Shown here: positions 47,364 through 56,815 of the stretch, in pieces
Layout of the letters: every line of letters begins with the position of its first letter
Numbering within the stretch: position 1 is the first letter of the stretch
Assembly: GCA_016721005.1 (NCBI GenBank)
Contig: JADKJM010000019.1
Coordinates: 323,747-387,746 of the forward strand
Source of the DNA: Flavobacteriales bacterium
GTDB taxonomy: Bacteria > Bacteroidota > Bacteroidia > Flavobacteriales_F > PHOS-HE28
Direction: 5' to 3'
Length of the DNA: 64,000 nucleotides
Made by a program: the position numbers and the translations under genes
The notes under the pieces: model-generated
The model's input: the letters and a program-made list of their open reading frames with translations, nothing else
Told to the model about the DNA's origin: nothing
The model's database searches: none

Positions 47364-49136
47364 ATGACACCATTCCTACGCGCACTCGTGCTCGCCCTTA
47401 CGGCTGCCCTTCTCGCTGATCCCTCCATGGCACAATGTGATGGCTGTGTGCCCGATCTGAGTTGCACATCAAGTCCGGCCTTCCCTACGCTGTGTCCTGC
47501 AACTGCGCCGGACGCAATAGCGGGCGAATACTACCAGGTGGACTTCACCTTCTGGATGCCCGCGACGTTCGCGGATCCCGGGTCAGGCTTTACCGTGGAC
47601 CTGTTGCAACTCACGATCACCGGTGTCTCGGGTCTTCCGTTCGGGCTGGCTTTCACCGCTAGTGAACCGAGCGGCGTGTATTATCCACCGGACAATGAGT
47701 ACGGCTGTGCACGGGTGTGCGGGACCCCGATCGGCCCCGGCATCTACACGGTGGACATCGCGGTCCTTGCGCACGTGAGTGCCAGCGGGATCGAGCTCGA
47801 TGTGCCGCAGACGCTTTCTACTGTGATCACTGTGTTGCCCGGAAGCGGCGGCAATACCAGCTTTTCCTACACGCCGACGGCTGGTTGCGGAAGTGTGACC
47901 ACTTCTTTTCAAGCCTTGATCGACGCCAGCCCTGCTCCGATGAGCTACGCTTGGGATCTCGGCAACGGCGTCACCAGTACATCGCCCAACCCACCTGCGC
48001 AGACCTACAATGGAGCGGGTAGCTATGAGGTGTTCCTCCAGACCACGATCGGTGGTTATGTATTGAACGCTGTGAATGTCACCGGCACCAATACCAACTG
48101 GTGCGGTGATGTCGAAGAGCCCAGCTTGCCCATCATCGGGTGTACGGGGTCGCCGGATCTGTATTTCGTTCTTACAAATAGTGGCGGCGGCGCATACACA
48201 TCGAGCACGGTGGATAACACCACCACGGCTAGCTGGTCGGAACTGGGTATCCTGTTGAACAGCCCTCCGTACTCGCTCTCGATCTACGACGAGGATGTGG
48301 TCAGTGGCGATGACCTGCTCGGCACCTACAACATCCCCGCGAATGGCGCGGGGACCTACTTCATCAATGTGGCTGGCGGCACCACCGGCAGCCTTGTGAT
48401 CACCAACGAACCGCAGCAGGTATTCCTGGACAGCGCGTTGGTCACGGTGTTCTCCGTGCCGGATGTGTCGTTGATCGAGAACGCGACGACCGGGGAACTG
48501 TGTGCCCAGGGCGAAGGCCTCGTAGGTTACGCGTGGCTGTTCAATGGGGTGGTGGTTCCCGATGTCACCTCCGAGTGTTACATGCCGACCGGACCCGGTT
48601 TGTGGCAGGTCGTCGGTACGAACGGGTTCGGTTGCACCGACTCCAGCAATGTCGTCGTGGTCTGCCCGGTATTCGAGATCGTTCGGAACGGGAACGTGCT
48701 CTTCGTTCCAAGCAGTTACCTCGCGTATGCCTGGACCTTTAATGGCTCGCCCCTCAGCGGCAATGATCCGTTCATCTTCCTACAGGGTGATGGCACATAC
48801 ACCGTTACGGTTGATGCCGGCAATGGCTGCATCATTGTTTCCTCCTTCGTGTGGAGCACCGTTGGAATTGAAGAGGCGGACTCCGCTGTTCCTCGTATGG
48901 AACTCTTTCCGAATCCGAACGATGGTGCCTTCACGATCGTGGCAGAGGGTGTCGGTTCATCAGGCGCTTACATCGAACTGATGGATATGACCGGCCGCGT
49001 GATCTGGCAAACGCGATCGAATTCGAACGGGGGTCTGGTCCGTGTGAATGCGACCGTGCATGCTGTGGCCGGAGCCTATACGGTCAGGCTCCATGATGGT
49101 GATCATATTCGTACCACACGGTGTATCATCCGATGA
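47364..49136 (+). CDS. T9SS type-A cargo protein, paralog of 44703..46262 with the same architecture (Cys-rich N-module, PKD, C2-like motif, extra beta-domains, CTD)
   Basis: Shared blocks AQCxxC…CPAxxP…YxVDxTFWxP…GCxRVCGTP and NWCGD[LV][DE]EP[NS][IL]PI[VI]GCxGxPDLYF…[VI]YD[QE]D[AV]VS[AG]DDLLGT. CTD …MELFPNPNDGAFTIVAEG…IELMDMTGRVIWQT…VAGAYTVRLHDGDHIRTTRCII. Start at the ATG at 47364 (the ORF-track start is an upstream TTG). Confidence 0.75.
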   Translation: MTPFLRALVLALTAALLADPSMAQCDGCVPDLSCTSSPAFPTLCPATAPDAIAGEYYQVDFTFWMPATFADPGSGFTVDLLQLTITGVSGLPFGLAFTASEPSGVYYPPDNEYGCARVCGTPIGPGIYTVDIAVLAHVSASGIELDVPQTLSTVITVLPGSGGNTSFSYTPTAGCGSVTTSFQALIDASPAPMSYAWDLGNGVTSTSPNPPAQTYNGAGSYEVFLQTTIGGYVLNAVNVTGTNTNWCGDVEEPSLPIIGCTGSPDLYFVLTNSGGGAYTSSTVDNTTTASWSELGILLNSPPYSLSIYDEDVVSGDDLLGTYNIPANGAGTYFINVAGGTTGSLVITNEPQQVFLDSALVTVFSVPDVSLIENATTGELCAQGEGLVGYAWLFNGVVVPDVTSECYMPTGPGLWQVVGTNGFGCTDSSNVVVVCPVFEIVRNGNVLFVPSSYLAYAWTFNGSPLSGNDPFIFLQGDGTYTVTVDAGNGCIIVSSFVWSTVGIEEADSAVPRMELFPNPNDGAFTIVAEGVGSSGAYIELMDMTGRVIWQTRSNSNGGLVRVNATVHAVAGAYTVRLHDGDHIRTTRCIIR

Positions 49137-49242
49137 TCTGAACCGCGCGAGAGCCCGCGTGTACCGGCTGTCGCCCCTACCCCCTTCCGTAGCTTTGTTC
49201 CGCAACAAGGCTCCGGCGTGAGCGTTGTAACGCAGGCGCATC

Positions 49243-52200
49243 ATGCATAGCGATTACGATTACCTGCTGGCCAAGCTCGACACCTTCATCCGGAAGTACT
49301 ACAAGGACAGATTGATCCGGGGTGCGCTCTACAGCGTGGGTTTGGTGGTGGTGGTTTTCCTGCTCGCCGCGTCCTTGGAAGCCGTTGGGCATTTCGGGGT
49401 TTCAGCGCGCACCGCGCTCTTCTGGGTCTCCGTCGCCGCTATGGGAGTCATCATCGGTCGCTTCGTGATCCTTCCGGTGATCAAGCTCATGCGCTTGGGC
49501 GCGATCATTTCGCACACAGAAGCGGCCCGCATCGTTGGTGAACATTTCGGCGACGTGCGCGACAAGCTCTTGAACACGCTTCAACTGCGCTCCCAAGGTG
49601 TTGCTCAAGGCGGCAGTCGTGCGTTGATCGAGGCTGCGGTGGCCCAGCGCAGCAAGGAGCTTGGGCCGGTCCCGTTCACCAATGCCATCGATCTTCGGAG
49701 GAATACCAAGTACCTGCGTTACGCACTGCCTCCGCTAGCGGTTCTCGCAATCCTATTGTTCGCCGCCCCGTCATTCATTACCGGCTCCGCCAAGCGCCTG
49801 ATCGAACATGGAAAGGAGTTCATCCCAGAGGCGCCGTTCCGCTTCGTGATCCTCAATGACACGCTTGAGGTGGCCGAGGACCAGGACTTCGAATTGGTGG
49901 TTGAACTCACTGGTGACGCCATTCCGCAGCAGGTCGATCTGGAGGTCGATGGTCAGCATATACCACTCGTGAAGCAGAGCACTGTTCGATTCCTGCACCG
50001 CTTCCGCAATGTTCGGAAGGATGTTGATTTCCGTGTTTCGGCGGAAGGATTCCATTCTGTGGGATACACGTTGAAGGCCGTTCCACATCCGCTATTGCTC
50101 GGCGTTGACCTCACTCTATCCTATCCGCCCTACCTCGGCATGCCGGAGGAGAGTGTCAGGAACTCAGGAGATCTGACCATTCCTGCTGGGACCAGGATCA
50201 CGTGGAATATCGGAGCCCGTAGTGCGGACCGGATGCAGCTGGCTTTCGACGACACCTCTTACTCCACCCCACCTTCCGCAGGCTCCGACGATGCACCTGT
50301 TTTCCGATTCTCCAGACGCCTGTTACAAAGTCGGACATACCAACTCACTCCTTCCTTCGGTGGTCGAACCGCGGCCGAGGCTGTGCGCCACCGACTGGAG
50401 GTCATACCGGATCTTTATCCGAGCATACAGGTTGCCTCGCGTACCGACAGCTCCGCACTCAAGCGCCTCTTCTTCAATGGGGAGGTCAGTGATGACCATG
50501 GGGTTCGTCGGCTGTTGTTCCATTACCGCTTCGTCCAAGGCGGGGATAGTGTTCCCGTTGATCGGCGCAGTGGAGTGATGGAACTCCGCATTGACCCGCG
50601 CAGCACGCGACAGGAGTTCTTTCATGGCTGGGACCTGTATGACCTCACCATCATGCCCGGGGATCGGATCGAGCATTGGTTCGAGGTGTGGGATAACGAC
50701 GGCGTGAATGGCAGCAAGAGCACCCGCACCGCTGCGCAAGTCTTTGCGGCACCCACGACCAGGGAACTGATGGAGAAGCGCGATGCCAGCAGCGAAGCCA
50801 TTCAAGGGACACTTCGAGAGAATATCCGGGAGGCCCAGGACCTTCAGCGCGAATTGGACAAGCTCCGGCGTGAACTCCTCGAGAAGAAGGAGTCCGACTG
50901 GAAGGACAAACAGAAATTGCAGGAGGTCCTGGAACGGCAAAAGCAATTGCAGGAGCGGATCGAGCACAATTCCGAACAGCTACGCCAAAGCCAGCAGGAA
51001 CAGCGGGAGTTCAGTCCGATGGATGAGCGACTAATGGAGAAACAACAGCGGATCCAAGAGCTCTTCGAGAACGTTCTGAGCGAGGAGATGAAGGAGTTGT
51101 ACCGCAAGGTCGAGGAGATGCTTCAGCAGGTCGACAAGGAGAAACTTCAGGACCAGCTCCGGGAGATGAAGCTCGGCCAGGAGGACATGGAGAAGGAGAT
51201 GGATCGTGCCTTGGAACTCTTCAAACGGATGGAGGTGGAGCAGAAGGCCGAGGATCTTGCCGAACAATTGCGCGAGATGGCGGGGCGGCAGGAGGAATTA
51301 TCCGAGAAGAGCAAAGAGGGAAGGGAGGAAAGCGAAGCTCTCAAGCAACAACAAGATGAGCTGAACAAGGAATTCGAGGCCTTGCGTGAGCAGATGGATG
51401 AGTTGCAGAAGAAGAACGAGGCCTTGGAGGAACCCATGAACATTCCGGATACCGACGTCCAGGAGCAGGGGATCCAGGAGGACCAGAAGCAGAGTAGTGA
51501 TCAGTTAGGCAAGGGCCAGAAGCAGAAGGCGGGTGGTGCACAGAAAAGCGCCGCCGAGAAAATGGAACAGCTCGCCTTTCAGATGGAAAGCGCTATGGGT
51601 GGCGGGGAGCAGGAGCAACAAGAAGAGGACATGGACGCATTGCGCCAGCTCTTGGAGAACATCGTACAGCTCAGCTTCGATCAAGAGGCCCTGATGAATG
51701 ACCTCGCTGGTACAAGTGTTCGCGATCCGCGATTCACGGAGCACAGCCGTACGCAGCGCGAGCTTCGCGATGATGCGAAAGTGATCGAGGATTCCCTGTT
51801 CGCCTTGAGCAAGCGCGTTCCTCAACTGCAGAGCATCGTGAACCGGGAGATGAACGCGGTGAACGACAACATGGACGAGGCGCGTAGAATGCTTGGTGAA
51901 GCCCGTGCCAATGAGCGATTCAAGCCCATGGCGACGGATAAGCAACAACACGCCATGACCTCACTGAACAATCTGGCGCTGCTGCTGGATGAGGCCCTAC
52001 AGCAAATGATGCAACAGATGATGGCCCAGAGCAAGCCCGGCAGTGGGAGTTGCAAAAAGCCCGGGGGCACGGGCAGTGGCCAGGGGAAGAAGCCCAGTAT
52101 GTCGAAAATGAAAGCCCAACAAGAAGCGCTGCAGAAACAATTGGAGCAGATGCGCAAAGCCATGCAGGAGGGAAAGGCGAAGGGCGAGAAGCCGGGTCAG

Positions 52201-52659
52201 CAGAACCCGGGTAGTATGGGAATGCCGGGCATGAGCCAGCAATTGGTACAGCTCGCTGCTCAGCAAGCCGCGATCAGGAAGGAGATGCAGCGCATGGGAC
52301 AGGAGATGAACAAGGATGGAAGCGGCGCTGGCAATGAGTTGAATCGGCTTGCGCAACAGATGGAACAGCAGGAGCGCGACATCGTCAACCGCAACATCAC
52401 TCCGGAGACCATGCATCGCCAACAGGACATCATGACAAGGCTCCTGGAGCATGAGAAGGCCGAGCGGGAGCGCGAGCTCGATCAAAAGCGGACGAGCAAC
52501 GAGGGCCGCGAACAACCACCTACCGATCCGGCAAGAGTATTCGAGCAACAACGACGCAAAGCCCGCGAAGCAGAATTGCTTCGCACCCTTCCTCCGGGGC
52601 TGAAGCCGTACTACCGGGATCGCGTGAACGCCTATTTCGGTACTTTTGACCGACCCTGA
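49243..52659 (+). CDS. Large membrane-anchored coiled-coil protein (1138 aa) resembling Bacteroidota DUF4175-type proteins: N-terminal TM hairpin, beta-rich middle region, ~500-aa Glu/Gln/Lys-rich coiled coil, conserved C-terminal region
   Basis: Two N-terminal TM helices (…GALYSVGLVVVVFLLAASL… and …ALFWVSVAAMGVIIGRFVIL…). Long low-complexity E/Q/K/R/L heptad region 50780..52500. The DUF4175 family assignment is from memory of similar ~1100-aa Bacteroidota proteins next to an RsbW-like gene. Confidence 0.6.
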   Translation: MHSDYDYLLAKLDTFIRKYYKDRLIRGALYSVGLVVVVFLLAASLEAVGHFGVSARTALFWVSVAAMGVIIGRFVILPVIKLMRLGAIISHTEAARIVGEHFGDVRDKLLNTLQLRSQGVAQGGSRALIEAAVAQRSKELGPVPFTNAIDLRRNTKYLRYALPPLAVLAILLFAAPSFITGSAKRLIEHGKEFIPEAPFRFVILNDTLEVAEDQDFELVVELTGDAIPQQVDLEVDGQHIPLVKQSTVRFLHRFRNVRKDVDFRVSAEGFHSVGYTLKAVPHPLLLGVDLTLSYPPYLGMPEESVRNSGDLTIPAGTRITWNIGARSADRMQLAFDDTSYSTPPSAGSDDAPVFRFSRRLLQSRTYQLTPSFGGRTAAEAVRHRLEVIPDLYPSIQVASRTDSSALKRLFFNGEVSDDHGVRRLLFHYRFVQGGDSVPVDRRSGVMELRIDPRSTRQEFFHGWDLYDLTIMPGDRIEHWFEVWDNDGVNGSKSTRTAAQVFAAPTTRELMEKRDASSEAIQGTLRENIREAQDLQRELDKLRRELLEKKESDWKDKQKLQEVLERQKQLQERIEHNSEQLRQSQQEQREFSPMDERLMEKQQRIQELFENVLSEEMKELYRKVEEMLQQVDKEKLQDQLREMKLGQEDMEKEMDRALELFKRMEVEQKAEDLAEQLREMAGRQEELSEKSKEGREESEALKQQQDELNKEFEALREQMDELQKKNEALEEPMNIPDTDVQEQGIQEDQKQSSDQLGKGQKQKAGGAQKSAAEKMEQLAFQMESAMGGGEQEQQEEDMDALRQLLENIVQLSFDQEALMNDLAGTSVRDPRFTEHSRTQRELRDDAKVIEDSLFALSKRVPQLQSIVNREMNAVNDNMDEARRMLGEARANERFKPMATDKQQHAMTSLNNLALLLDEALQQMMQQMMAQSKPGSGSCKKPGGTGSGQGKKPSMSKMKAQQEALQKQLEQMRKAMQEGKAKGEKPGQQNPGSMGMPGMSQQLVQLAAQQAAIRKEMQRMGQEMNKDGSGAGNELNRLAQQMEQQERDIVNRNITPETMHRQQDIMTRLLEHEKAERERELDQKRTSNEGREQPPTDPARVFEQQRRKAREAELLRTLPPGLKPYYRDRVNAYFGTFDRP

Positions 52660-52664
52660 AGATC

Positions 52665-53099
52665 ATGGCTGCTATTGAAGAGCTGGCGTTCACCGAGCGG
52701 ATCGACTTCCCCGCGAAAGCAGAGAACATCGCATTGGCGGAAAAGCTGATCGATGAAGCCTGTTCGCGTTATGGCGTTCACGAGAGCCTCTATGGCAACA
52801 TTCTTATCGCCCTCACCGAGGCAGTGAATAACGCGATCCACCATGGCAACGCGCTTGATCCAACAAAAACAGTCACCCTTGGTTATGAGGTGAAGGATGA
52901 TCGGATCGTGTTCATGGTCCAGGACCAAGGCGCTGGATTTGACTTCAACCACCTCCCCGACCCTACGGACCCGCAGAACCTGGAAAAGCCGCATGGTCGT
53001 GGGGTTTTCCTGATGCGGGCGCTGGCGGACTCCATTGAGTTCCGCGACAATGGCGCAACGGTGGCCCTTGCTTTTAGCAGGCAGCCCGTCACGGATTGA
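52665..53099 (+). CDS. Anti-sigma regulatory factor-like ATP-binding protein (RsbW/SpoIIAB-type HATPase serine-protein kinase)
   Basis: 144 aa; …NILIALTEAVNNAIHHGN (N-box), …VQDQGAGFDF (G1-box), …HGRGVFLMRALADSIEF (G2-box region). Confidence 0.7.
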   Translation: MAAIEELAFTERIDFPAKAENIALAEKLIDEACSRYGVHESLYGNILIALTEAVNNAIHHGNALDPTKTVTLGYEVKDDRIVFMVQDQGAGFDFNHLPDPTDPQNLEKPHGRGVFLMRALADSIEFRDNGATVALAFSRQPVTD

Positions 53100-53101
53100 C
53101 C

Positions 53102-53521
53102 ATGTCCGTCATATCGTTCAGCGCTCACCGTGTGCCGAACATATTTCGGGATCGGGAACGGCTGCGCAAATGGATCCACTGTATCGCAAAGGACCACGGC
53201 ATCGGTGTCGGTGAACTGAATTTCGTCCTCCTCGGAGAGAGCGAAATGCTTGAGTACAATCGCCGTTACCTTCAACACGACGACCATACGGATGTGATCG
53301 CATTCGACGGACAAACCGGAACCGGGGTAAGTGGGGATGTGCTGATCAGCTCACCTCGTATTCGCGAGAATGCAGCCACTTTCGGCACTCCTGTCCAACA
53401 AGAACTACGACGTGTGATGGTCCACGCGCTCCTTCATCTTCTAGGGCACAGCGACAAGAGCCGAGCAAAGAAGCTCGCGATGCAGATCTTGGAGGATAAA
53501 TACTTGGAACGGTACCGCTAG
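53102..53521 (+). CDS. ybeY: rRNA maturation RNase YbeY
   Basis: Metal-binding motif HALLHLLGHSD (H-x-x-x-H-x-x-x-x-x-H). ~140 aa. Start at the ATG at 53102 (the ORF-track start is an upstream TTG). Confidence 0.85.
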   Translation: MSVISFSAHRVPNIFRDRERLRKWIHCIAKDHGIGVGELNFVLLGESEMLEYNRRYLQHDDHTDVIAFDGQTGTGVSGDVLISSPRIRENAATFGTPVQQELRRVMVHALLHLLGHSDKSRAKKLAMQILEDKYLERYR

Positions 53522-53560
53522 GATATTGGCACGCCCTAGTGAGCGACGACCAATACCTGA

Positions 53561-53944
53561 TCACTTACCGCCCGTACGCTCCTTGACCAAGCTAAGCGCA
53601 CCCGTGCGAACGGTTTCCGCCTTTGCCTTGATCTCAGCCCACTGCTCTTCATTCGCCGTATTGACCGTGGTCAACATGCCTTCAAGTTGGCTCAGGCTTT
53701 TTTGCATCCGGGCGCGCATGGCGTCTTGTTCCGGTGTTGCCTTGGTCGCATCCGGTCCGATCTCACGGTTCAAATGAGCGATGTCCTGGCTCAGGATGCC
53801 GTAGGCCTCCTTCAACTGAGCACTAGTTGCCCGAATTTCATCTTGGACGGAAACCTGCTCGGCAGCGGAACTTGCGTCCTGGGCAGAGGCGGAAGTCGAG
53901 ATGGCCATCAGGCCAATGCAGGAAGCGAGAAAAAGGTTCTTCAT
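53561..53944 (-). CDS. Hypothetical secreted protein (signal peptide, helical/coiled-coil)
   Basis: MKNLFLASCIGLMAISTSASAQ signal peptide. Normal composition, unlike the overlapping R-rich plus-strand ORFs. Confidence 0.55.
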   Translation of the reverse strand: MKNLFLASCIGLMAISTSASAQDASSAAEQVSVQDEIRATSAQLKEAYGILSQDIAHLNREIGPDATKATPEQDAMRARMQKSLSQLEGMLTTVNTANEEQWAEIKAKAETVRTGALSLVKERTGGK

Positions 53945-54131
53945 GGGTTGGGGATTCTTCGGTCTGTTTCTATGATCGGAGCAATAAAGATGAGGCTTTG
54001 GTCCTTATCGGCCAAACCAAGAGCCTCTTCTTCGACGGCCCGGCCAAGCGTTTGGTTGCTTCGGAAATCGTTGTGAAAATTGCCTCGCGACCTGCGTACC
54101 AATACCTTTCCCCCATCAAACCCATCAAACC

Positions 54132-54623
54132 ATGCGTACAATGAAACTCCTGCTTGGGCTCATCTTAGCTCTCACAGTTGCCAATACCGGTTTCGCTCAG
54201 GACAAGAAGACAAGCAAGGAGAAGGCTGCTCTTCAGAAAATGTACACGGACTTTCTCGCCGAGGAGGGCTACAAGCCGGAGATCGATAGCGACGGGGATG
54301 TCCAGTTCAAGAGCGAGGGAAAAACCTACTTCATCAATGTGGTCGAGGATGACCCCACGTACTTCCGAGTGGTTCTAGCGAACATCTGGCCGATCGAAAG
54401 CGAAGAGGAGCGCGCCCAGTGCCTGGTCGCAGTGGACTATTCCAATGCTAAGGCGAAGGTGACCAAGAGTTACCTCGTTAAGGACAACATCTGGGTTGGC
54501 ATAGAATTGTTCCTTCCAAAGGCCGAGGATTTCGACGATGTATTTCGCAGGAGCATGAGTGCACTTAGCAATGGCGTTACTCACTTCGTCACCAAGATGC
54601 GGGAACTTCAGGGTAAGGATTGA
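54132..54623 (+). CDS. Hypothetical secreted protein, possibly YbjN-like
   Basis: Signal peptide MRTMKLLLGLILALTVANTGFAQ. 163 aa. The YbjN-like assignment is tentative and from memory. Confidence 0.5.
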   Translation: MRTMKLLLGLILALTVANTGFAQDKKTSKEKAALQKMYTDFLAEEGYKPEIDSDGDVQFKSEGKTYFINVVEDDPTYFRVVLANIWPIESEEERAQCLVAVDYSNAKAKVTKSYLVKDNIWVGIELFLPKAEDFDDVFRRSMSALSNGVTHFVTKMRELQGKD

Positions 54624-54640
54624 TCCCTTGATCGGATCAC

Positions 54641-54683
54641 GAAAGACAAGACCCTTGGCCGATCGCCAGGGGTCTTGTCTTTC
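54641..54683 (+). terminator. Perfect 14-bp-stem hairpin 18 nt after the stop of gene 54132..54623, without a U-tract (possible terminator or regulatory stem-loop upstream of mnmG)
   Basis: GAAAGACAAGACCC (54641..54654), 15-nt loop, GGGTCTTGTCTTTC (54670..54683). Confidence 0.35.
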
Positions 54684-54797
54684 GCAGGTATACAACCGCC
54701 AAGGGGCTCCACCTTCCCTTTGCTATCTTTCGCCCTTGGTTCATGATTCGCATCTCGTTGGCCCTCAGCCAGATGCGTAAATATCCACCCCCATTCC

Positions 54798-56762
54798 TTG
54801 AGTCAGCCGGATATCTACGACGTTGTTGTTGTCGGTGGAGGACATGCGGGCTGTGAAGCTGCCGCTGCTGCCGCGAATCTCGGCAGTCGTGTTCTACTTG
54901 TGACCATGAACATGGGCGCTATCGGTCAAATGAGTTGTAACCCCGCAATGGGCGGTATCGCGAAGGGCCAGATCGTGCGGGAGATCGATGCACTGGGCGG
55001 GCATAGTGGTGTGGTGAGCGACCGGAGCATGATCCAGTTTCGTATGCTCAACCGTAGCAAGGGTCCGGCCATGTGGAGTCCTCGGACCCAGAATGACCGT
55101 GCTCGATTCGCGGAGGAATGGCGACTCACGCTGGAGCGCACGCCAAATGTCCACTTCTGGCAGGACAGCGTCGTTGAGTTGGTCACGGAGTCCTCTTCCA
55201 GCGGCGCCTCTTCTGGCGAAACCGCACACCCGAGGGTCGTGGGTGTGCGTACCGCCTTGGGGTCCACTATCCGGTGTCGCTCTGTGGTTCTAACGAGCGG
55301 GACATTCATGAATGGGGTCATGCATATCGGCGACCGCAAGATGGGCGGTGGACGAGCGGGGGAGAAGGCCAGTCACGGGATCACGGAGCAATTGGTTCGG
55401 CTAGGATTCGAGTCTGGCCGGATGAAGACCGGCACCCCTCCCCGCGTTGATGGCAGAAGCATTGATTACTCTGTTCTCGAGGAACAACCTGGCGACAGCG
55501 CTCCTGGAAAATTCAGTTTCCTGCCTAGCTCTGTTCCACCAGCAACCCAATTGAGTTGTTGGATCACGTACACGAACACCGCGGTTCACGACGTGCTCCG
55601 TTCCGGCTTCGATCGGAGCCCGATGTACAACGGGGCCATTGCTGGAACGGGTCCTCGTTATTGTCCCAGCATCGAAGACAAGATCACCCGATTCGAAGAT
55701 CGTGATCATCATCAGATCTTCGTAGAGCCAGAGGGTTGGCAAACTGTTGAGACCTATATAAACGGATTCAGCACAAGCCTTCCCGAGGATGTACAGGTCA
55801 AGGCACTTCGGTTGATCCCGGGCTTCGGGGATGTAAGGATCTTTCGTCCGGGATACGCCGTTGAGTACGACTACTTCCCCCCTACCCAGCTCAAACACTC
55901 TTTAGAGACCAAGTTGGTTGACGGGCTCTTCTTTGCCGGACAGATTAACGGAACGACCGGATATGAGGAAGCGGCATGTCAGGGCTTGATGGCTGGCATC
56001 AACGCACACCAGGTGATTGGAGGTAAAGAACCATTTGTTCTTGGTCGGGACGAGGCCTATATAGGGGTTTTGATCGACGACCTTATTACGAAAGGTACCG
56101 AAGAGCCCTATCGCATGTTCACTAGTCGGGCTGAGTTCCGCTTGATGCTTCGACAGGACAACGCCGACCTCCGGTTGACTCCAAAAGGCTTTCAGTTAGG
56201 GTTGGCCGACGAACACCGCATGAGGCGGGTAGAGTCAAAGCAGCGATGGCTCGGTAATCTCACAACGCATATGCGATCCACCAGTGTCTCTTCCGAGGCC
56301 GCGAACGAGATCCTTGTTCCGCGTGGAACAACGGCAGTGAATCAAAAGGTGCGGTTGTACGACCTATTACTACGACCACAGATCTCATTCTCGGACCTAG
56401 TGGTGTTTGCTCATACTGACGACCCTGATATTTCAAATCCTGCGCTGCCGCAGCTCGGAGGTCACGCAATTCATGGCATGAATGTCGACCCCTTCCTTCG
56501 GCAAGAAACGATTGAGCAACTCGAGATCGGCGCTAAGTACGGCGGGTATTTGGAAAAGGAAAGGGAGGCTGCTGAAAGGGTCGTGCGCCTCGAAAACCTA
56601 CTGATCGACCCTGACCTCGAGTACAGGAAATTAGGAGCATTGTCGATGGAGGCGCGCCAAAAATTGGATGTGGTCAGACCAACAACGCTAGGTCAAGCGT
56701 CTCGAATTAGCGGCGTTTCCCCGTCCGATATCAGTGTTCTGCTTGTCTATTTGAGTCGCTGA
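54798..56762 (+). CDS. mnmG: tRNA uridine-5-carboxymethylaminomethyl(34) synthesis enzyme MnmG (GidA)
   Basis: FAD-binding N-terminus DIYDVVVVGGGHAGCEAAAAAANLG…; conserved …CNPAMGGIAKGQIVREIDALGG…; 654 aa. TTG start at 54798 (no in-frame ATG). Confidence 0.9.
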   Translation: MSQPDIYDVVVVGGGHAGCEAAAAAANLGSRVLLVTMNMGAIGQMSCNPAMGGIAKGQIVREIDALGGHSGVVSDRSMIQFRMLNRSKGPAMWSPRTQNDRARFAEEWRLTLERTPNVHFWQDSVVELVTESSSSGASSGETAHPRVVGVRTALGSTIRCRSVVLTSGTFMNGVMHIGDRKMGGGRAGEKASHGITEQLVRLGFESGRMKTGTPPRVDGRSIDYSVLEEQPGDSAPGKFSFLPSSVPPATQLSCWITYTNTAVHDVLRSGFDRSPMYNGAIAGTGPRYCPSIEDKITRFEDRDHHQIFVEPEGWQTVETYINGFSTSLPEDVQVKALRLIPGFGDVRIFRPGYAVEYDYFPPTQLKHSLETKLVDGLFFAGQINGTTGYEEAACQGLMAGINAHQVIGGKEPFVLGRDEAYIGVLIDDLITKGTEEPYRMFTSRAEFRLMLRQDNADLRLTPKGFQLGLADEHRMRRVESKQRWLGNLTTHMRSTSVSSEAANEILVPRGTTAVNQKVRLYDLLLRPQISFSDLVVFAHTDDPDISNPALPQLGGHAIHGMNVDPFLRQETIEQLEIGAKYGGYLEKEREAAERVVRLENLLIDPDLEYRKLGALSMEARQKLDVVRPTTLGQASRISGVSPSDISVLLVYLSR

Positions 56763-56815
56763 GGCGGTCTCGGTATTGTTGCCTTCTTTTCCTCTTAACA
56801 ATCAATCTTTACGAA

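Noticed and set aside
53526-54076. Plus-strand ORFs 53526..53777 and 53687..54076
   Set aside because: R/S/C-rich. The overlapping minus-strand ORF 53561..53944 has a canonical signal peptide and normal composition.
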